From Callorhinchus milii (lineage: Eukaryota), in assembly GCF_018977255.1 (NCBI RefSeq), contig NW_024704743.1, forward strand, positions 54,252,001 through 54,316,000: 64,000 bases of DNA. The letters are read 5' to 3'. Positions 12,661 to 26,934 of this stretch are shown here, one piece after another. Position numbers and translations under genes: made by a program. Positions within the stretch are counted from its first letter, which is position 1; each line of letters starts with the position of its first letter. Below the pieces are notes generated by a model. That model was not told the origin of the DNA. It saw nothing but the letters and a program-made list of their open reading frames with translations, and ran no database searches.

Positions 12661-13230
12661 AATTAATTGGGTGTCCTCTGAAACCACCATGTCACCAGCA
12701 TCTCCTGATCCAGCTGTGAACAACCCGAATACAATTGAATATAAGGATATTAAGTGCTTGGTAAATGGGCCCTACAGTGTCACAACAGCAGAACAGCTGT
12801 CTAACCCTATACGGACAGCAAAACATTCCCAAAGACATCAATAAAAGGACTTGTACAATTTATCAAGCAGCACAAAATGATCATTACCTACACAGAATAT
12901 ACAGCGCAGTTGAGTTGCAGCTTTTTGTTTTCCACTTGACGGATCCTTCTGTTGGTAAGATTTTTTTCACCTGTCAACCAAATCGTTTTCAATTTTTTTT
13001 GTGAAAATAAATGCCTTACGCAAGAAGCTTAAAGAATTATCTGCATAAAAGTTTCAAATCTTTTATTCACCAATTTTATTCTAGATTGGTGGTGCATCAG
13101 GTGTGTTCCATTAATCACTGGAACTCTTTCTGGTAGGAACATGGAGTGGTTAACATCTGTAGGAATGACAGTTATTACACCCCTTTAACACTGCTTTAAT
13201 TCAAAAGCATAAATCCCGCTGAATACTCAC

Positions 13231-13271
13231 TCTGCCTGCGATCTGCAACATCTGACAGAAATGATCATGGG
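13231..13271 (-). CDS. Candidate exon (41 nt); PMIISVRCCRSQA(E)
   Basis: Acceptor gtatttttttag and donor AGA|gtgagt; 243-nt intron from the previous exon; in frame. Confidence 0.55.
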
Positions 13272-13514
13272 CTAAAAAAATACCTCTTACAGATTCCCCC
13301 ACACATCTTCCATCTCAACTTGCTGGGAGATTGCTAGAAAACTGCACCAATTTACTGCTCCCAACTGCCTGATAATGGACACTTTACTGTACACTTTTCC
13401 TTCATTATGCCAGAGGTCACCGCTGTCAAGAAGGGTTCTGCCACATTTGACGGATAGTCAGGTGCTGTCTAGATGAATGGCACTGACCACATGACCACTT
13501 AGAGCTGTGCTTAC

Positions 13515-13549
13515 CCTTTTCAACTCCTTTAAAGCTTTCAAAATGTCCT
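13515..13549 (-). CDS. Candidate exon (35 nt); (E)DILKALKELKR
   Basis: Strong acceptor (gaaatg, poly-T, ctag) and donor AGG|gtaagc. Confidence 0.6.
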
Positions 13550-15039
13550 CTAGAAAAAAAACATTTCATTTTTTTAAGCTGACAGTCCAGAGTGAAGCAG
13601 ATTAATTGATTTGCACAAAAAATTGCAATAAATACATTCTTTATCAGGCAAGAGTGTTTCCTGTATTTCTATAACTGCCTTTAAAATATCAAGGCCTATC
13701 AACGTTTCATAAACGCAAGACATTTTTCAACAGTATTTGCAACATTTTGCCAAATATGAATACGATTATGGAGCATGTTTTGCTCTTAAATTTATGTGAG
13801 GCTGCACTTGTTCTGAATGACTACCTCCCAGAATATTTAAATTGTGAACCTTGCTTGGAACAAGGAAACAAAAGCAATGGATTCACTGAAGATAGATTTC
13901 CAATTTCTGAAGGCAATCTATTTACAACAATTAGCGTTGTTATTCTGCTCTGTGCACTCCAAGTAGCAAATTCATAACTGTGCTTTAAGAGCTATCTACT
14001 CTGCTTGCTTTTTGGTAAATTTGCATTTATAAATAACTGTAAAGCAATATTAAAATATCAATAAAATCACAGGATGAAATTAAATGATACATATTAAATT
14101 GTATTGCAGGGTGTTAGTACACCATGACAAAGGGGATCGAAATTCCTATAGCTGAGTGTTGGGAGGTGAAGGCGCCCTTCTTTTTCAATCGAGCTGGATG
14201 TGGGGTGCAGCCACATCTTGTGGAAAGTGTATTTTGCTGAATGCAGTATTCATTAGCCGACTGGCTAACAAACCGATCAGAAGATGAGAAAGCAAGGGAT
14301 ACACTTCCAGGTATTCAGGCAGTTCAATAGACATTGAGCCTCACTCGTCCACACTGTGGGGCGATGGGGGGGGTGGGTGCAGGGGGTAATACAACCATGT
14401 CATGTAGTGAAATGAAACTCCAGCAAACACCCACAAATTCATAAAAGGAATGCTCGATCGACACAATTGGAGGAGTGTACACTTATACTCAGACATCACC
14501 AGACCACACAGCAAGTACAGGAGATGTTTAATGGCCATTTTTTACATTTAAACCTGAGGCAAGTTTCCTTTCACACTTTTAAACAGCATAAGCACAAAAG
14601 GTGCAGAAACCAAAAGCCATTTGAAACTTTTTTTAGATGTTTAGATAGGATCTAAAACATTTTTAGACAGGAGGTTAAAAAATTTTTTTTTTTTCATTTT
14701 CTGTTTTCCCTCTCAGTTTTCATGAATGACTTCCAACTTCATTGGATGGGAGTATAACAAACAAGGTCTGTTCGTCTCACAGCAGCATCTTTTCTACTGG
14801 GCATGAGCATGACCCTCATCTCAGCAACTGCTCCAAACGGTTTGTAGATGAGGAATACGCTCTGCTTGAGCATTGGTCTATTAACTGGACCTAAAGGTGC
14901 TCATGTATTTGTAACATTCCACCTCAATGTATGCTGGCTCGGGAGCAATAACTATACAGCTTCTTGGTCTACTGTAGAGGAATGTCCTCTACACATACCA
15001 ATCACATGGAATGGGAAGACTGCAGGTCAGGTATTCTGC

Positions 15040-15371
15040 GGAGTTCCAGTGTTGTAGTTAGAGCCCTTGCCTCACAAGCGAGAGGACCTGGGTTTAAAGC
15101 CTGGGTGGCGCGAAACCTGAGGCAAGTTTCCTTACTCCTCAGGGCCCTGTTTGACTAACAGTAAGTAGGAACCCGGTTGTTAGTCAATTGGCAGATTGCT
15201 TTCTAGGGGTAATAATCCCTCAAAAACAATTTGGTCATTCAATTCACGACTCTTTGTGAGACACTGCTGTGCTGCGTTTTGCCTACAAAATATACAGTCA
15301 ATTCACTTTACAATATAGTCTGTGAAGTGCTTTGAGGCGCTGTTTCAAATGCAAGGATTATTAGTATTATT
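15040..15371 (+). mobile_element. tRNA-headed SINE, long form
   Basis: Contains the extra ctgtttgactaacagtaagtaggaacccggttgttagtc segment. Confidence 0.88.
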
Positions 15372-15634
15372 CTGGTCAACTATTACAAAATAATCAGCTC
15401 CAATGCAACGTTTAAGTGCAGGCAATATGACTCTTTCTTAGGGCCTCAAATAATCAGGTCAAATTTTAGATGTGACCTTGTGTACCATTACAAAATTACT
15501 CCTTAAATTAAAACAGTTTCTTTATCAATATTTCATGTTAGGAGGATGTTTCAAAGAGCAATACAGGAATTAATGTAAAGTGTAGTGACTGTGTATTTTG
15601 CAGGTGAACTTGGCAGCCAATATGTGAAGGACAT

Positions 15635-17575
15635 CAACAACAACAAAATTACATTTATGGAGTGCCTTTCATGTTGGGCGGACATCCCAAGGACAGCTGG
15701 ACAGTCAAGGGTTAGGACCCGAGCATAGGGGAGGGATGGGGTAGGGGTGAGGGAAGGCAGAGAGGTGGGAGGGCGACTGAAGGCACGATTGAAGAGGAGA
15801 GCATTGAGACCGGCCTTGAAGGAGGCAAGGGAGGAAGCGAGGTGAAGGGTCTGTGGGATGGAGTTCCAGAGTGTGGGGGCAGAGAGGCTGAAAGCCCGGC
15901 CACTGATGGTAGGGTGGGTCAGACGGGAGACATGGAGCAGGCCGGAGCCCGCTGAAAGGAGGGAGTGGGCAGGTTGGAAGTTAGTCAGCAGATCAGAGAG
16001 GTAGGAGGGGACAAGGCCATGGATGGCCTTGAAGGTGAGGACGAGGATCTTGAATTCGATCCTCTGAGGGATGGGGAGCCAGTGGAGTTGGGCGAGGGTG
16101 GGAGTGATGGGGTCATGAAGCCTGATGTGCAAGAGAACATGAGCTGCAGAATTTTGGATGATCTGCAGCTTGTGAAGGGAAGAGTTGGGAAGGCCGATGA
16201 GGAGGGAGTTTCCATAATCGATCCTTGAGGTGATGAATGCGTGGGTGAGGGTTTTGGCAGCCTGAGGGGTGAGGCAGTGGTGGAGTCTGGCAATGTTGCG
16301 GAGGTGGTGGTAGGCAGTGCCGGTCATGGCGCGAATGTGGGGGAGAAAGGACAGTTCAGGGTCAAATAAGACACCCAGGTTCCTGACTGGCTTAGTGAGG
16401 TTGAGTGTGCAGCTGATGCTGCCAGCGCCTGAGGTGTGGAGGCACTGGTGCGAGCCAATCAGGAGGACCTCGTCTTGCTGACGTTGAGTTGGAGAAAGTT
16501 GTCCCTCGTCCAGGACTTGACGTCGGACAGGTAGTCGGTCAGGATGCCAGTAGTCCTGGAGTTGAAGATGGAGGCAGAAAATTAGAGTTGGGTGTCATCT
16601 GCATACATGTGGAAATTTACCCCATGTCTGCGGATGATGTCACCAATGGGGAGCATGTAGAGGGTGAAGAGGAGAGGACTGAGGACAAAGCCCTAAGGAA
16701 CGCTGCACGAGATGGTGCAGGGGCTGGAGGAAAAGCCATTTGCAGAGAGAAGTGGAGGCAGTGTGAAAGATAGGACCTGAACTAGTCAAGGACAGAACCT
16801 TGAAGGTTGAAGTGGGAGGAAAGGCGGTGGAGGAGCATTGAGTGATCCACAGTGTCAAAGGCGGCAGAGAAGTCAAAGAGAACGAGGAGGCAGAGGGAAC
16901 CTCGGTCAACACGGAAATCTGATTGGAGGGGCTCATGGAGGGAGTGGGAGGAGAGGAAAGAGCGAAGCTGGGAGGCGACGGCTCTCTCAAGGATCTTAGG
17001 CAGGAGATGGGCCGGTAGCTGGATAGCTGTGATGGGTCAAGGGAAGGTTTCTTCAAAGTGGGGATGATAGTGGCTGTTTTGAGCGGGGTAGGAACAGTGC
17101 CAGATGAGAGGGAGAGGTTGATGATGTCAGCGAGTAGTGGGGCAAGCAGGTGGAGCTGGGATTTAAGGAGAGGGGTGGGGTGGGGTCCAGGAGCAGGAGG
17201 TGGGCTTCATGGAGGATATGGTGGTGATGACAGAAGAGGTGGTGACAGGTTCAAAGGTGTGGAAGGAGGGATGGGTAGTGGTCAGAGTATGGGGTGAGGG
17301 GTAGGGTGAGGGTGGAAGATGGGGGGACAGTAGCCGCTGAGTGGATTCCCTTGATTTTGGACTCAAGGAAGTCCAGCATCTCCTCGCAGTGGGAGTCGGA
17401 GGAAAGAATCTGCGAGGTGTGGTAGGGAGGGCAGAGGAGCCGGTTGGTGGTGGAGAACAGGAGCCTGGCGTTGCCCTTCGCCTCCAGGATTAACCTGGAG
17501 AAGACAAGTGATTTGGCCGAGGCGAGAGCGGAGTGGAGTGGAGGGTGGTACCTCCGGCAATGCAGCACTTCCCCA
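15635..17575 (-). mobile_element. L2 LINE fragment (RT to 3' end)
   Basis: ORF 15551-16327 HAFITSRIDYGNSLL...QIIQNSAA...LHWLP; upstream RT pieces KKPSLDP and YRPIS. Confidence 0.95.
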
Positions 17576-19189
17576 GCACGTATTGGAGTGTCATCTTAGA
17601 CTGTGTGAGTTGATTGTCACTCTTTGGACTGTGAAGCTGGCAACCACCTCCCTTCTCATCTCCTTTCCACTACATGTAACCTCTGTCTGTTCAGGTGGTT
17701 CCCATGACACAATTTGAAAAGAGAAGAGAGGGAATTTTTTCCTGTGGCTTGGCCAACAATCTTCCAGAAAAAGGGGCCATTCACTTTATTGCTACTTATG
17801 GGATACTGCTGTGTGCAAACTGGCTGCCGAGTTCACCTACAAATACACAGTCATTACAGTTTACATCAATTCCTTACAACTACAACAAGCACTGTGAGAT
17901 AGTTTGACAATATTAGATGCCATATCAAATACAAGGATTGTTGAACATTTCACTTTTGCAAGATTGCAGGAGAGGTTGAATGAAGAATTAGCTGATTTGA
18001 TCTCATCCTTCCAAAATACTCACTCTATTATCTTGGAATTACAAGATCAAGCTGTTTTTTTAAAATTAATCCAACCAACTTTCCTAGTACTTCATTACAG
18101 CTACTGATTACTCAGTGGGAGGAAAAATTCCTGGCGTCTATCCTGAGCGAGTCCTTCATCCTTACTAACACCAGTGGGGAGGATCAGTGGGGTGCTAACA
18201 CCACTTGTCTTACTGCCTTGGTGCTTAAATTTCTCTTCTTTTGCTTAATGCCTGAAGTGGTGCAGAATGAGTGCTTTTGTAAGAACAATTGGATAAATAT
18301 TCCATTCAGCATTGTGCATAGCTCCTTTGCTGAATCCTGACTATAACAGGAACCAAGTCTGATGCTTGTTCCACTAAAGTAATAGTTGACACATCTCCAA
18401 TGATTCGAAATTCAGAGAGGTGCAGTGGCTACTTTAAAAGTATTTGTTTAGTATTAAAAAAGTGATTGCACCATGGTGTCTTACTTGTGGATTCGTAAAA
18501 GGATCTAAAAGTATCGAATCCCACATGCGCTCAATGTTTCTCACCCAACAACAACAAATTACATTTGTTTCAACCTGGTAGAACTCCTCTCGGGCAATGA
18601 TATCTGGCTGATTTTTGGCAACCTCCTTGGACTTCAAGACCTCTCAAAAATTGAAACAGAGTGACAAGGTTGGCGTGAGATGTGTATGGGGACATACATC
18701 CAGCATCTTGGGACATCCTTCCGAAGTGAAAGGTGCTATACAAATGTAATTTGTTGTTGTTCGCTTGTATAATTATGAATGCTTTTACAATTCTTTTGCA
18801 AATTACCCTATTGTTTCCTGTTATGTACGATTTCTCTGAAATTAGTAGCAATATAAGTAAAAAATGTTTTAAAGCATTATCCTACTAACCTGACATCAGA
18901 GCAGTTGATATCCAGTGTACCTGGACTTTGCTACCTTAAATCTATCGTTTCCCGTACAGTAACTGGTCTCCTACATTTTCTTTCACTTACATTAATTTAA
19001 CTTGAATTCCAAATCAATTTACTATTCTTTTTCTTGTCATTCGCCATGATTTTGTTTGTTTAGTGAATGACAGCTCCCATACAGTAAGTTCATCTCTGAG
19101 TGACTGAGGGTGGTTCTGTAACAACCCTATAGAATACACAAGGTGCACCACTGGCAACAATTTGGATGCATCAGTGGCACTCAGAAAAG

Positions 19190-19500
19190 AGCTATTTACT
19201 AGAATTTCTCATGGTTGTGGTGCTGTTGACTTGAGGGCTGTTGGAATGGGGAATATGTTAACGCTGATGGAGGTTGAAGCCAAATCTGTGATAGCATTCA
19301 ATAGGGAGCAGGATAAATACTTGAGCAAAAATAATATTAAAGGTTTAGGGGAAAGAGCAAGGGAGTGGGATTATAGCAGACAACTCCAGGAAGGATGGGG
19401 GGTTGGGCGAGGGGCTTGTGAGGGTGGGGGGAGGGTTGTGGGGTCTAATACCAACATAGCCACAGTGGCCTCTTTCTACAATGCAAACTTTCTATTATTC
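19190..19500 (+). mobile_element. CR1 3' fragment
   Basis: ggaggttgaagccaaatctgtgatagcattcaatagggagcaggataaatacttg; UTR tggcctctttctacaatgcaaactttcta. Confidence 0.65.
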
Positions 19501-20374
19501 TACAATTTGTTGACATATTTTGGAATCATTTTGTAACATGGTCATTGGGAGTTATTATCAGCACATAGATAAACTCTTGGTGCTAACTAAATGAAATCCC
19601 ATTTATGCACATGCTGGCGAAGACAGATACATTTAATGACAATAACTCCAGAACCTTCCTCAACGTCTGGAAACACATGAAAACAACAATCCTGTTGACA
19701 AACATCTGCCATAAAATCTGCCACTTAATTTGTTGATTAATTTTCAGTATTAGCTGGTTGTATACAGGCACCCAAGTTTGGCTAACACATTGTAAAACAT
19801 ATTTTATTGACCAGATTGAGACATTAGTTAACAAAAACTGTGATATGTTCCAACTGGTCAAAGATTAAATTGTGAATAAACCTTCTTCTAGAACTTCATT
19901 AAGTTAAATATAAGACTCCAAAAATTAAAAAAATGTAGAAACTTGTGGTCACTCAGTTAGTCAATTCTCAAATGATTCTATGTGAAGTTTGAAAATTGAG
20001 CCTTCAGTTTTGAATAGATGACAGGGCAGCCAGCCTGGCTCACGAGAGGATGTGGAAAGGCAGACCAGTCACTGGGAGCAGGGGTTGTTCCCACTCAGCT
20101 CCCTTTAACCCTGTAAGCTAAAGCTGTAAATGTGGTTCTAGCCGGATAAGCAGTTGGAAGCTTGCCACACAATGCATTCGGTGACAAGCTATATGTTTTT
20201 AACTGGTTAACTCCATTAGTAGCTTAACACAAACTCTTAGTTCCCCAAGCTTTGGCTCTTACTGTGCCTAATACTCTCTGGAATTCGATAAGCAGCATAT
20301 GACCCTCCAAGGAGAGAGTACATTTCATTCCAGACACAGAAATTACCATGTACAGGAAGCAAACATTTAGATGT

Positions 20375-20785
20375 CAGCCTATCTCAGTTGACAGCACTCT
20401 CACCTCTGAGTCAGAGGTTGGGGTTTAAGACCAACATTGGGATTTTGAACTTAGATAGACTAGTCTAACAATCTATTGCAGTGCTTAGAGCATGCTGCAT
20501 TGTTGGAGGTGCTGTACTTTAGATGCGACATGAAATTGAGGTCCATCTGCCTGTTCAGGTGGAGATTAAAGATCTCATGGCACTATTCAAAAAGAGAAGG
20601 GAGTTTCTCCTGGTGAGAAACAATCCCCCAAATAAAATTGATCATTCACTTCATGGCTGTTTGTGGGACATTGCTGTACACAAATTGGCTGCCATGTTCA
20701 CCTACAAAATACAGTTACTACACATTACATTAAATGGTATTAAGTCTCCCGTCACAAAAGGTGTATATCGAATGTACAAATAATA
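20375..20785 (+). mobile_element. Old Deu-domain SINE, full length
   Basis: Head cagcctatctcagttgacagcactctcacctctgagtcag plus Deu body. Confidence 0.88.
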
Positions 20786-21098
20786 TTTTTTTCTCATTAG
20801 TTTCCATCAGCTGTAGCATGAGTACTTTGAAAGTTCTGTATCTACCATTGTGAATTGTAATAACCTGGCTTTACACGAGAGGAAGCGATTACTTTGCATA
20901 CATGCATAACTGGAGCATACAAGCCAAGATATTTGAGTGAATGGAAGTAGTAACTGCACAAGCAACACACTTGGAAAGTTATTACAACACAGAATGCTTC
21001 GCCGAGGCATTAATATGTACTTGAAAGAAATCAGAAAAACATTCGAAGAGGAGAGAATGGATATGGAGTAAGATTAGGAGATTTGGAATTGGAACAAA

Positions 21099-21406
21099 AT
21101 AATAATAATAATCCTTGCATTTGATATAGTGCTTTTCACGTCTTCTAGATGTCTCAAAGCGCTTCACAGAATGCACTGTAAAGTGAATTGACTGTATAAT
21201 TGTGGGCGAAATGAGGCAGCCAATTGCGCACAGCAGTGTCCCACAAACAGTCGTGGATTGAAATGACCAATTTATTATTTTTGTTTGAGGGATTATTATC
21301 AGGTGTGTGGAAAAAGGAAACTTGCCCAAGGTTTCACCCTACCGGGAATCAGACCCAGGTCTCTCGCTTGCAAAGTAAGTGCTCTAACCACTGAGCTACA
21401 GGACTC
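21099..21406 (-). mobile_element. tRNA-headed SINE, short form
   Basis: Reverse complement of the family consensus with (taa)n tail. Confidence 0.92.
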
Positions 21407-21611
21407 TAAAAGTAGTGAGCTCCATTTGATGTACCTGAACCAGCATAGGCACCTCCTCCTATGCAATATTTTCTATGATTCTAGGTAAATGCCTAAACAT
21501 AGAGCCTCTGAAGGTTTATTTTTCAAAATGGCTAAGGGTTCTCTATGAAGACCTCTGCATGTTTATTCAATTCTGCAAATATACTGGAATGAGAGAGAAA
21601 AATGAGAACAT

Positions 21612-21968
21612 AATAATTGATATAGCGTTTATCACATTTTCAAGATGTCTCAAAGCACTTCACAAAATATACTATAAAGCGAATTGACTGTATATTTTAT
21701 GGGTGAAACGCAGCAGCCAATTGTGCACAGCAGTGTCCCACAAACAGTCGTGGATTGAGTGACCAATTTTTTCTTGTTTTTTGAAGGAATTATTCCCCCC
21801 GGAAAAGTGATCTACCAATCGACTAACGACTGGGTGCCTACTTACTGCTAGGTAAACAAAGGCATGTAGAGTAAGGAAACTTGCCCAACGTTTCGCCCTG
21901 CTGGGAATCAGACCCAGGTCTCTTGCTTGCGAAGCGAGCGCTCTAACCACTGAGCTATAGGACTCCAC
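21612..21968 (-). mobile_element. tRNA-headed SINE, long form
   Basis: CGC anticodon head, extra central segment and tail. Confidence 0.92.
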
Positions 21969-22726
21969 ACAGCTAGGCCACACAAATAATTGGCACATTC
22001 TTATCTAAAAACTGGGACAAGCACATTCCACAAAAGTAAACTTGCCTAAGATTTCACCCTGCCCAGGAATCGAAGCCCAATCTCTCGTGCCTCTGTTCAC
22101 CTGTAGTCCTGAAGGCTGAATTTAAGAATTTTTCACAATTCTGCACAATCTGAAACTTTAAGACAAAATAGTCTCACAAACTAAAACTAAGTAGAATTTG
22201 GGTTCACAGTAAGAACTTTTGTGCATGCACAATTGCAGTTTCTTTTTACATTGACATTCTTTTCAACTGCCAGAAGCACAGTTTGATTTGACAGACTGAC
22301 AAAAAATTGGCCTTTGCACCTTTAAAGTAAACAACTGAAACTAGCTTGGTTCAATCCCTGCTAATGGCCGATACAAGAAATTGATGTTTTCACTTGAATG
22401 TACTGTACACCAGAAGCCAACACTTGGGAATCCCAAGCAACATTTTATGCCAAGCACATCACCTTAAAGCCAGTTTATCTCAAGGAGACCCCAAAGAGGA
22501 CAGTACTATCATTGTACAACTAATATAAATTGTATCACATAACCTGTAATGGTCCATAACTAAAAAAAGTGTATATCTTGTATTTGTTTAAAAATAGATT
22601 TTAAAATACTGTATTAATCTCCGTGCATCTAATAAACAAGTACAATAGATGATAAGCGAGATGTCAATGTTTACATTACTCACAAGAAAGCCCCAGATAA
22701 TTCACTTGTAAAGCAAAAATCTATAC

Positions 22727-22759
22727 CTGCCTGCTCATCATTTATTATCTTCCAATTCT
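22727..22759 (-). CDS. Candidate 33-nt symmetric exon; (E)NWKIINDEQA
   Basis: Acceptor gattttcattag and donor CAG|gtatag; phase 1-1, open in the model frame. Confidence 0.35.
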
Positions 22760-23232
22760 CTAATGAAAATCATAATTTTGTATTGCTGTAAAAAAATCTA
22801 AATATTATACAAATTTGAATACTGATGAATCATGAGGCTCATTGTCAAAAATATGTCTTCAAGCAAAGAATTTTCCTCTTTATAATAATAGCCAAATAGA
22901 CATTTTTCGGCAATGGGATCATAGAATGATACATTACAAGAATACAACAATAAATTTACATTTATAAAGCTCCTTTCAAGTAGGGAGGACCTGATCATTT
23001 AGCCCAACAAATCTTCATTAGTGTTATTCTCCGCGTGAATCCCACTTGCATGCTTTTATGTCCTTTAATATGCCTCTTATTCAAGCATATATATTTTAAA
23101 AGAGTTTATGGACTTTGTTTCAGCTATGCTTTATGGCAGATAATTCACCATTCCAACTACCTGCTGTGTAAATGTGTTGCCTGTGTCACGCTGGCTCAAT
23201 TGGAAGCACTCTTATCTTTGCATCAGAAGGTT

Positions 23233-23940
23233 ATGCAGATTATTCAGAACTCTGCAGCTTGTGTCCTTTCCCGCACCCAACTTCATGAGCCTATCACCCC
23301 TGTCCTCGCTTGGCTCCACATCCCCCAGAGGATCAAGTTTAAGATCCTCATTCTCACTCTTAAATCCCTCCACAGTCTTGCCCCTACCTACCTCTGCAAC
23401 CTGGAAAAATCTCACGAACCAGCTCGCTCCCTCCACTCAATGGGCACTGGACTGCTCCATGTCCCCTGCCCTGCACACCTCACCGTCAGCAGCCAGGCCT
23501 TCAGCATTTCTGCCTCCCCACCATCAGGGAATGGGTATTCAGCATCTCTTACCCCAACCCTGTGGAACTCCATCCCGGAGGCCCCTTTGCCTTCCACCCT
23601 TCTTTGCCTCCTTCAAGGCCCATATCAACCCAACAACAAATTATATTAGTATAGCGCCTTTCACGTCGGAAGGATGTCCCAAGGAGTTGGACAGTCAGAG
23701 ATCTGCACTCGAACTGGTAATTGGGATCAGGAGGGATGGTGGGGGTGGCATAAGTAGGGGTAGGAGGGTGAAAAGATGTAGTCAAAGCCTTCCTCCCACC
23801 CCCACCTCTACCCTCTACCACCTTGCCCTCCTCCCCTCTTGATTCCAATCCCCAGTTCATGTGAAAACCCTCGACTGTCCAACATTTTGGGACATCTTCC
23901 TGACAGGAAAGGTGCTAAATAAATATAATTTATTATTGTT
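23233..23940 (+). mobile_element. L2 3' fragment with a further L2 tail on the minus strand at about 23630-23770
   Basis: QIIQNSAACVLSRT...PQRIKFKILILTLKSLH. Confidence 0.85.
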
Positions 23941-24899
23941 CACATGTTTCAAATGTGTTTGGTTTGCAATTCCGCGGACTTGCAACACTGATAGAAGATC
24001 ACTTGATTAGTGAGTTCACTGCACGACCACACATTAAATTTTCCCTCCTTTCCCAATTCCTGCAATAATCACAGAAAGTAATCACAGTACAAATTTCAGA
24101 ATGTAAGTATACTTCAAACTTTTATTAACTGGAAGTTTTATCAATGAATGATATAATATGGGTCATTCACGATTCACTATTCTATTGATTACACCTCTAT
24201 TTAGTGAGCTTTAGTAGATCCAGGCAGAGGCATTTTCCAGCGGATTAACAGAAACTCTGGCTCATAGGTATTCACTCACCAACTGTGGCGTTTAGAAGAG
24301 GCATCCATCTGTTCAAGTTTTGCTGAATGGTGACATTAAGCATTCAAAAGAAGACATAGACCTCAAAATTAGTATTCCAGTGCCATTCAGTAAGCTTTGC
24401 TGATCTGCAAATTGGCACTTCCTGGAGAATTGAATTACAGAAGCTTCAAATACCTATTATTTACCCACAAACAGTACAAGCAGTGTACCACACCTCACTG
24501 CTATTGATTTTGCTCCTGACAACATGATTCCTGTCATCTATCCCCGAAGAGGCCTACCTCCAGCAGTCTTCCACTGTCACACGGCAGTAATGAGGGTGTG
24601 AAATGCATCTGTCTTCTTTGAATAAATCTGATCTTTACGATTTCTTGATTGGATGAGTATTGTATTTGGAACATGGAATTCAAACCTTTAGTACTCCAGT
24701 CTGATTTAAGTTATGCACAGTTTATCAGTGAGTGGCACTGTGGTATATTTCACTGCGAGTCACAGGGTTGAGGACATGTATCACTGATGCACTAGCCAGG
24801 TAGGTCAACCCATCACAAATGCCTTGGATCAGAGCAGAGCCATTTCAATCCCAGGAAAACCACATGTATCCTCGCCTTCCGAAGATTTTTATTCCAATA

Positions 24900-25290
24900 T
24901 TTTTTCCTAATTTTTTCCCAACTGGCAAACACCTCTCTGTTCATGGATTTCTCTTGCTGAGGTGCAGTTCCACAGGCACTAGTAGTCCTCTAGCATCTCA
25001 CCCAAGTGGTCATTGTTCATTTGAAAGACTTTGCAGTGAGTTACTTGTTTGGGGAGGGTGTCACAGCTGAGCCTGAACTCTCCCAACCCGGCTTCCACAG
25101 ATGCACATAATCAGTAGAGGGAGCTGTAGAGGGAACAGGAATCCTGGATGGTTTTTCCCTCCCGAACCCTCTGGAGGCTGAAGTCAATGCAGTGACCTGG
25201 TTGAGACTAGCGGACTCAGCATGCACCGTGATTCTAACAGGAAGCTCCTGGTCAGTACGCTGTAGCTCTATCCACTCAACTATTTGATCT
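24900..25290 (-). mobile_element. AmnSINE2-like ancient SINE
   Basis: Matches the reverse complement of 44905-45215 (cacccaagtggtcatt, cacagctgagcctga, ggtttttccctccc, actcagca). Family name from recalled consensus. Confidence 0.65.
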
Positions 25291-26934
25291 GGCCTGCTAT
25301 TTCATTTTTAGATATGGCATGTTATTGACCTCAAACAATGCAATAAGCAAACCTTCCTACACTTTGGAACTTCACCCCACATTCCCTTTGCCTCGCTGCC
25401 TCCTTTGCCTCCTTCAAGGCATGTCTCAATACCCTCCTTTTGGCCCGTGCCTACTCCTATCTCTCCTACCCCCTACCCCTCCTGATCCCAACCCCCAGCT
25501 CAGATTCAAAACCCTAACTAACCAACACCTTGGGACATCTTCCCGACGTGAAAGGCGCTATACAAATATCATTTGTTATTGTTCCAAAATCAAGAAATTC
25601 CAACCGGTCGTAGGCTTTAGACAAAATTAAATTGCATTACATTTAATTATATTACAATTTAATATTGTGCACAATTTTTGAAAATATTTAAAGCCAATCT
25701 CTAACTAGAATCCAGTTAATTAAAAATGAAGAATACATTTTTAAAAAAATTTCACAAAACATTAAAACATCTTAAGGCTAACACTACGGGAAATTTTTTT
25801 GGTGGCCTCAGAATTCAAACTAGGAAAATCTACCAGGCAGAGACCTGAGCCTTATGAAGTGAAGTCCTTTACCTGTGACAGGAATCTGGAGTTCATCACT
25901 GCCAGAAGTCATCCTCTGATTGTCCACATAAAGTCAAACCTAGATTAGCCTGTTTTGCCTCAGGTTCATTTCAGATGGCCTACGGGGATTGAGTTGGGGT
26001 CGGGTCATGCAGCATCAGTACCATGTTAGCAGGTCCTGGGGACAGGTGGCACTTTCAGAAGAGTGTGTTCTGACCTGAGTTCCTGGATCAGTGCAGTTGC
26101 ACACCAGAGCTTTCAGATCCATTGTGTATAGCGAGGAAATCTTTTGATAAACTAAGTATGTCACTCTCCTACAGGCACTTTATGACTCAGCTTGAAGTCT
26201 TCTTCCCTGTTCAACTCTTGCTAGGTGACTATTCTCTTTCTGTGGTATAACTATGAGGCTTCACATTTTCAGTTTGACTCAATTGTTAATTTTGACCTAA
26301 TTTACTTTTGTAATATAATAATTATAGTAATCCTTGCATTGATATAGTGCCTTATCATGTCTTCAAGACGTCTCAAAGCGCTTCACGGAATATACCTGTA
26401 AAATAAATTGACTTGTTTTTTTTGAGGGCGAAACGCGGCTTAGCCTAATATTCCTCCTTTCCAAAAATGTATCTAATTCCCTCTTAAAGCTAACATGGAT
26501 TCCGCCTCAATCATTGTTCCAGGTAGTGCATCCCACATCCAAACAACCCTCCCAGTTCCTAACCTCTCCCTTTGGTCTTTGATAATTACCCTAAATCTAT
26601 GATGTTTAGTTACTGACTCACCTATGAGTGGAAATAATTTCTCCCTAATATTGCTGGTTATTTTCCACTTGTCGGTACATTCACTGGCCTTGATGGTTTG
26701 TGCCAGTAATGTGATTTTCCCATTATTACTGACCAAGTTTAATACAAGTGGAAAATAACTGCCCTCGTGAGTCCAGAACAATTTCATTACTTTCTGGTCT
26801 TAGAGTTGGTACCATTTTCATAGATTAGCTATGGCTCAAAGAAGTACCAAAGATATATAGGACTATGATATTGTTACATCTTTCCCCACACTATACCCTG
26901 GGAAGAACGGCTATATTGAAATGCTGGTAAACAG

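Noticed and set aside
24280..24322. Minus-strand exon candidate with donor TTG|gtgagt
   Set aside because: Weak acceptor, and its phase breaks the reading frame of the flanking exons.
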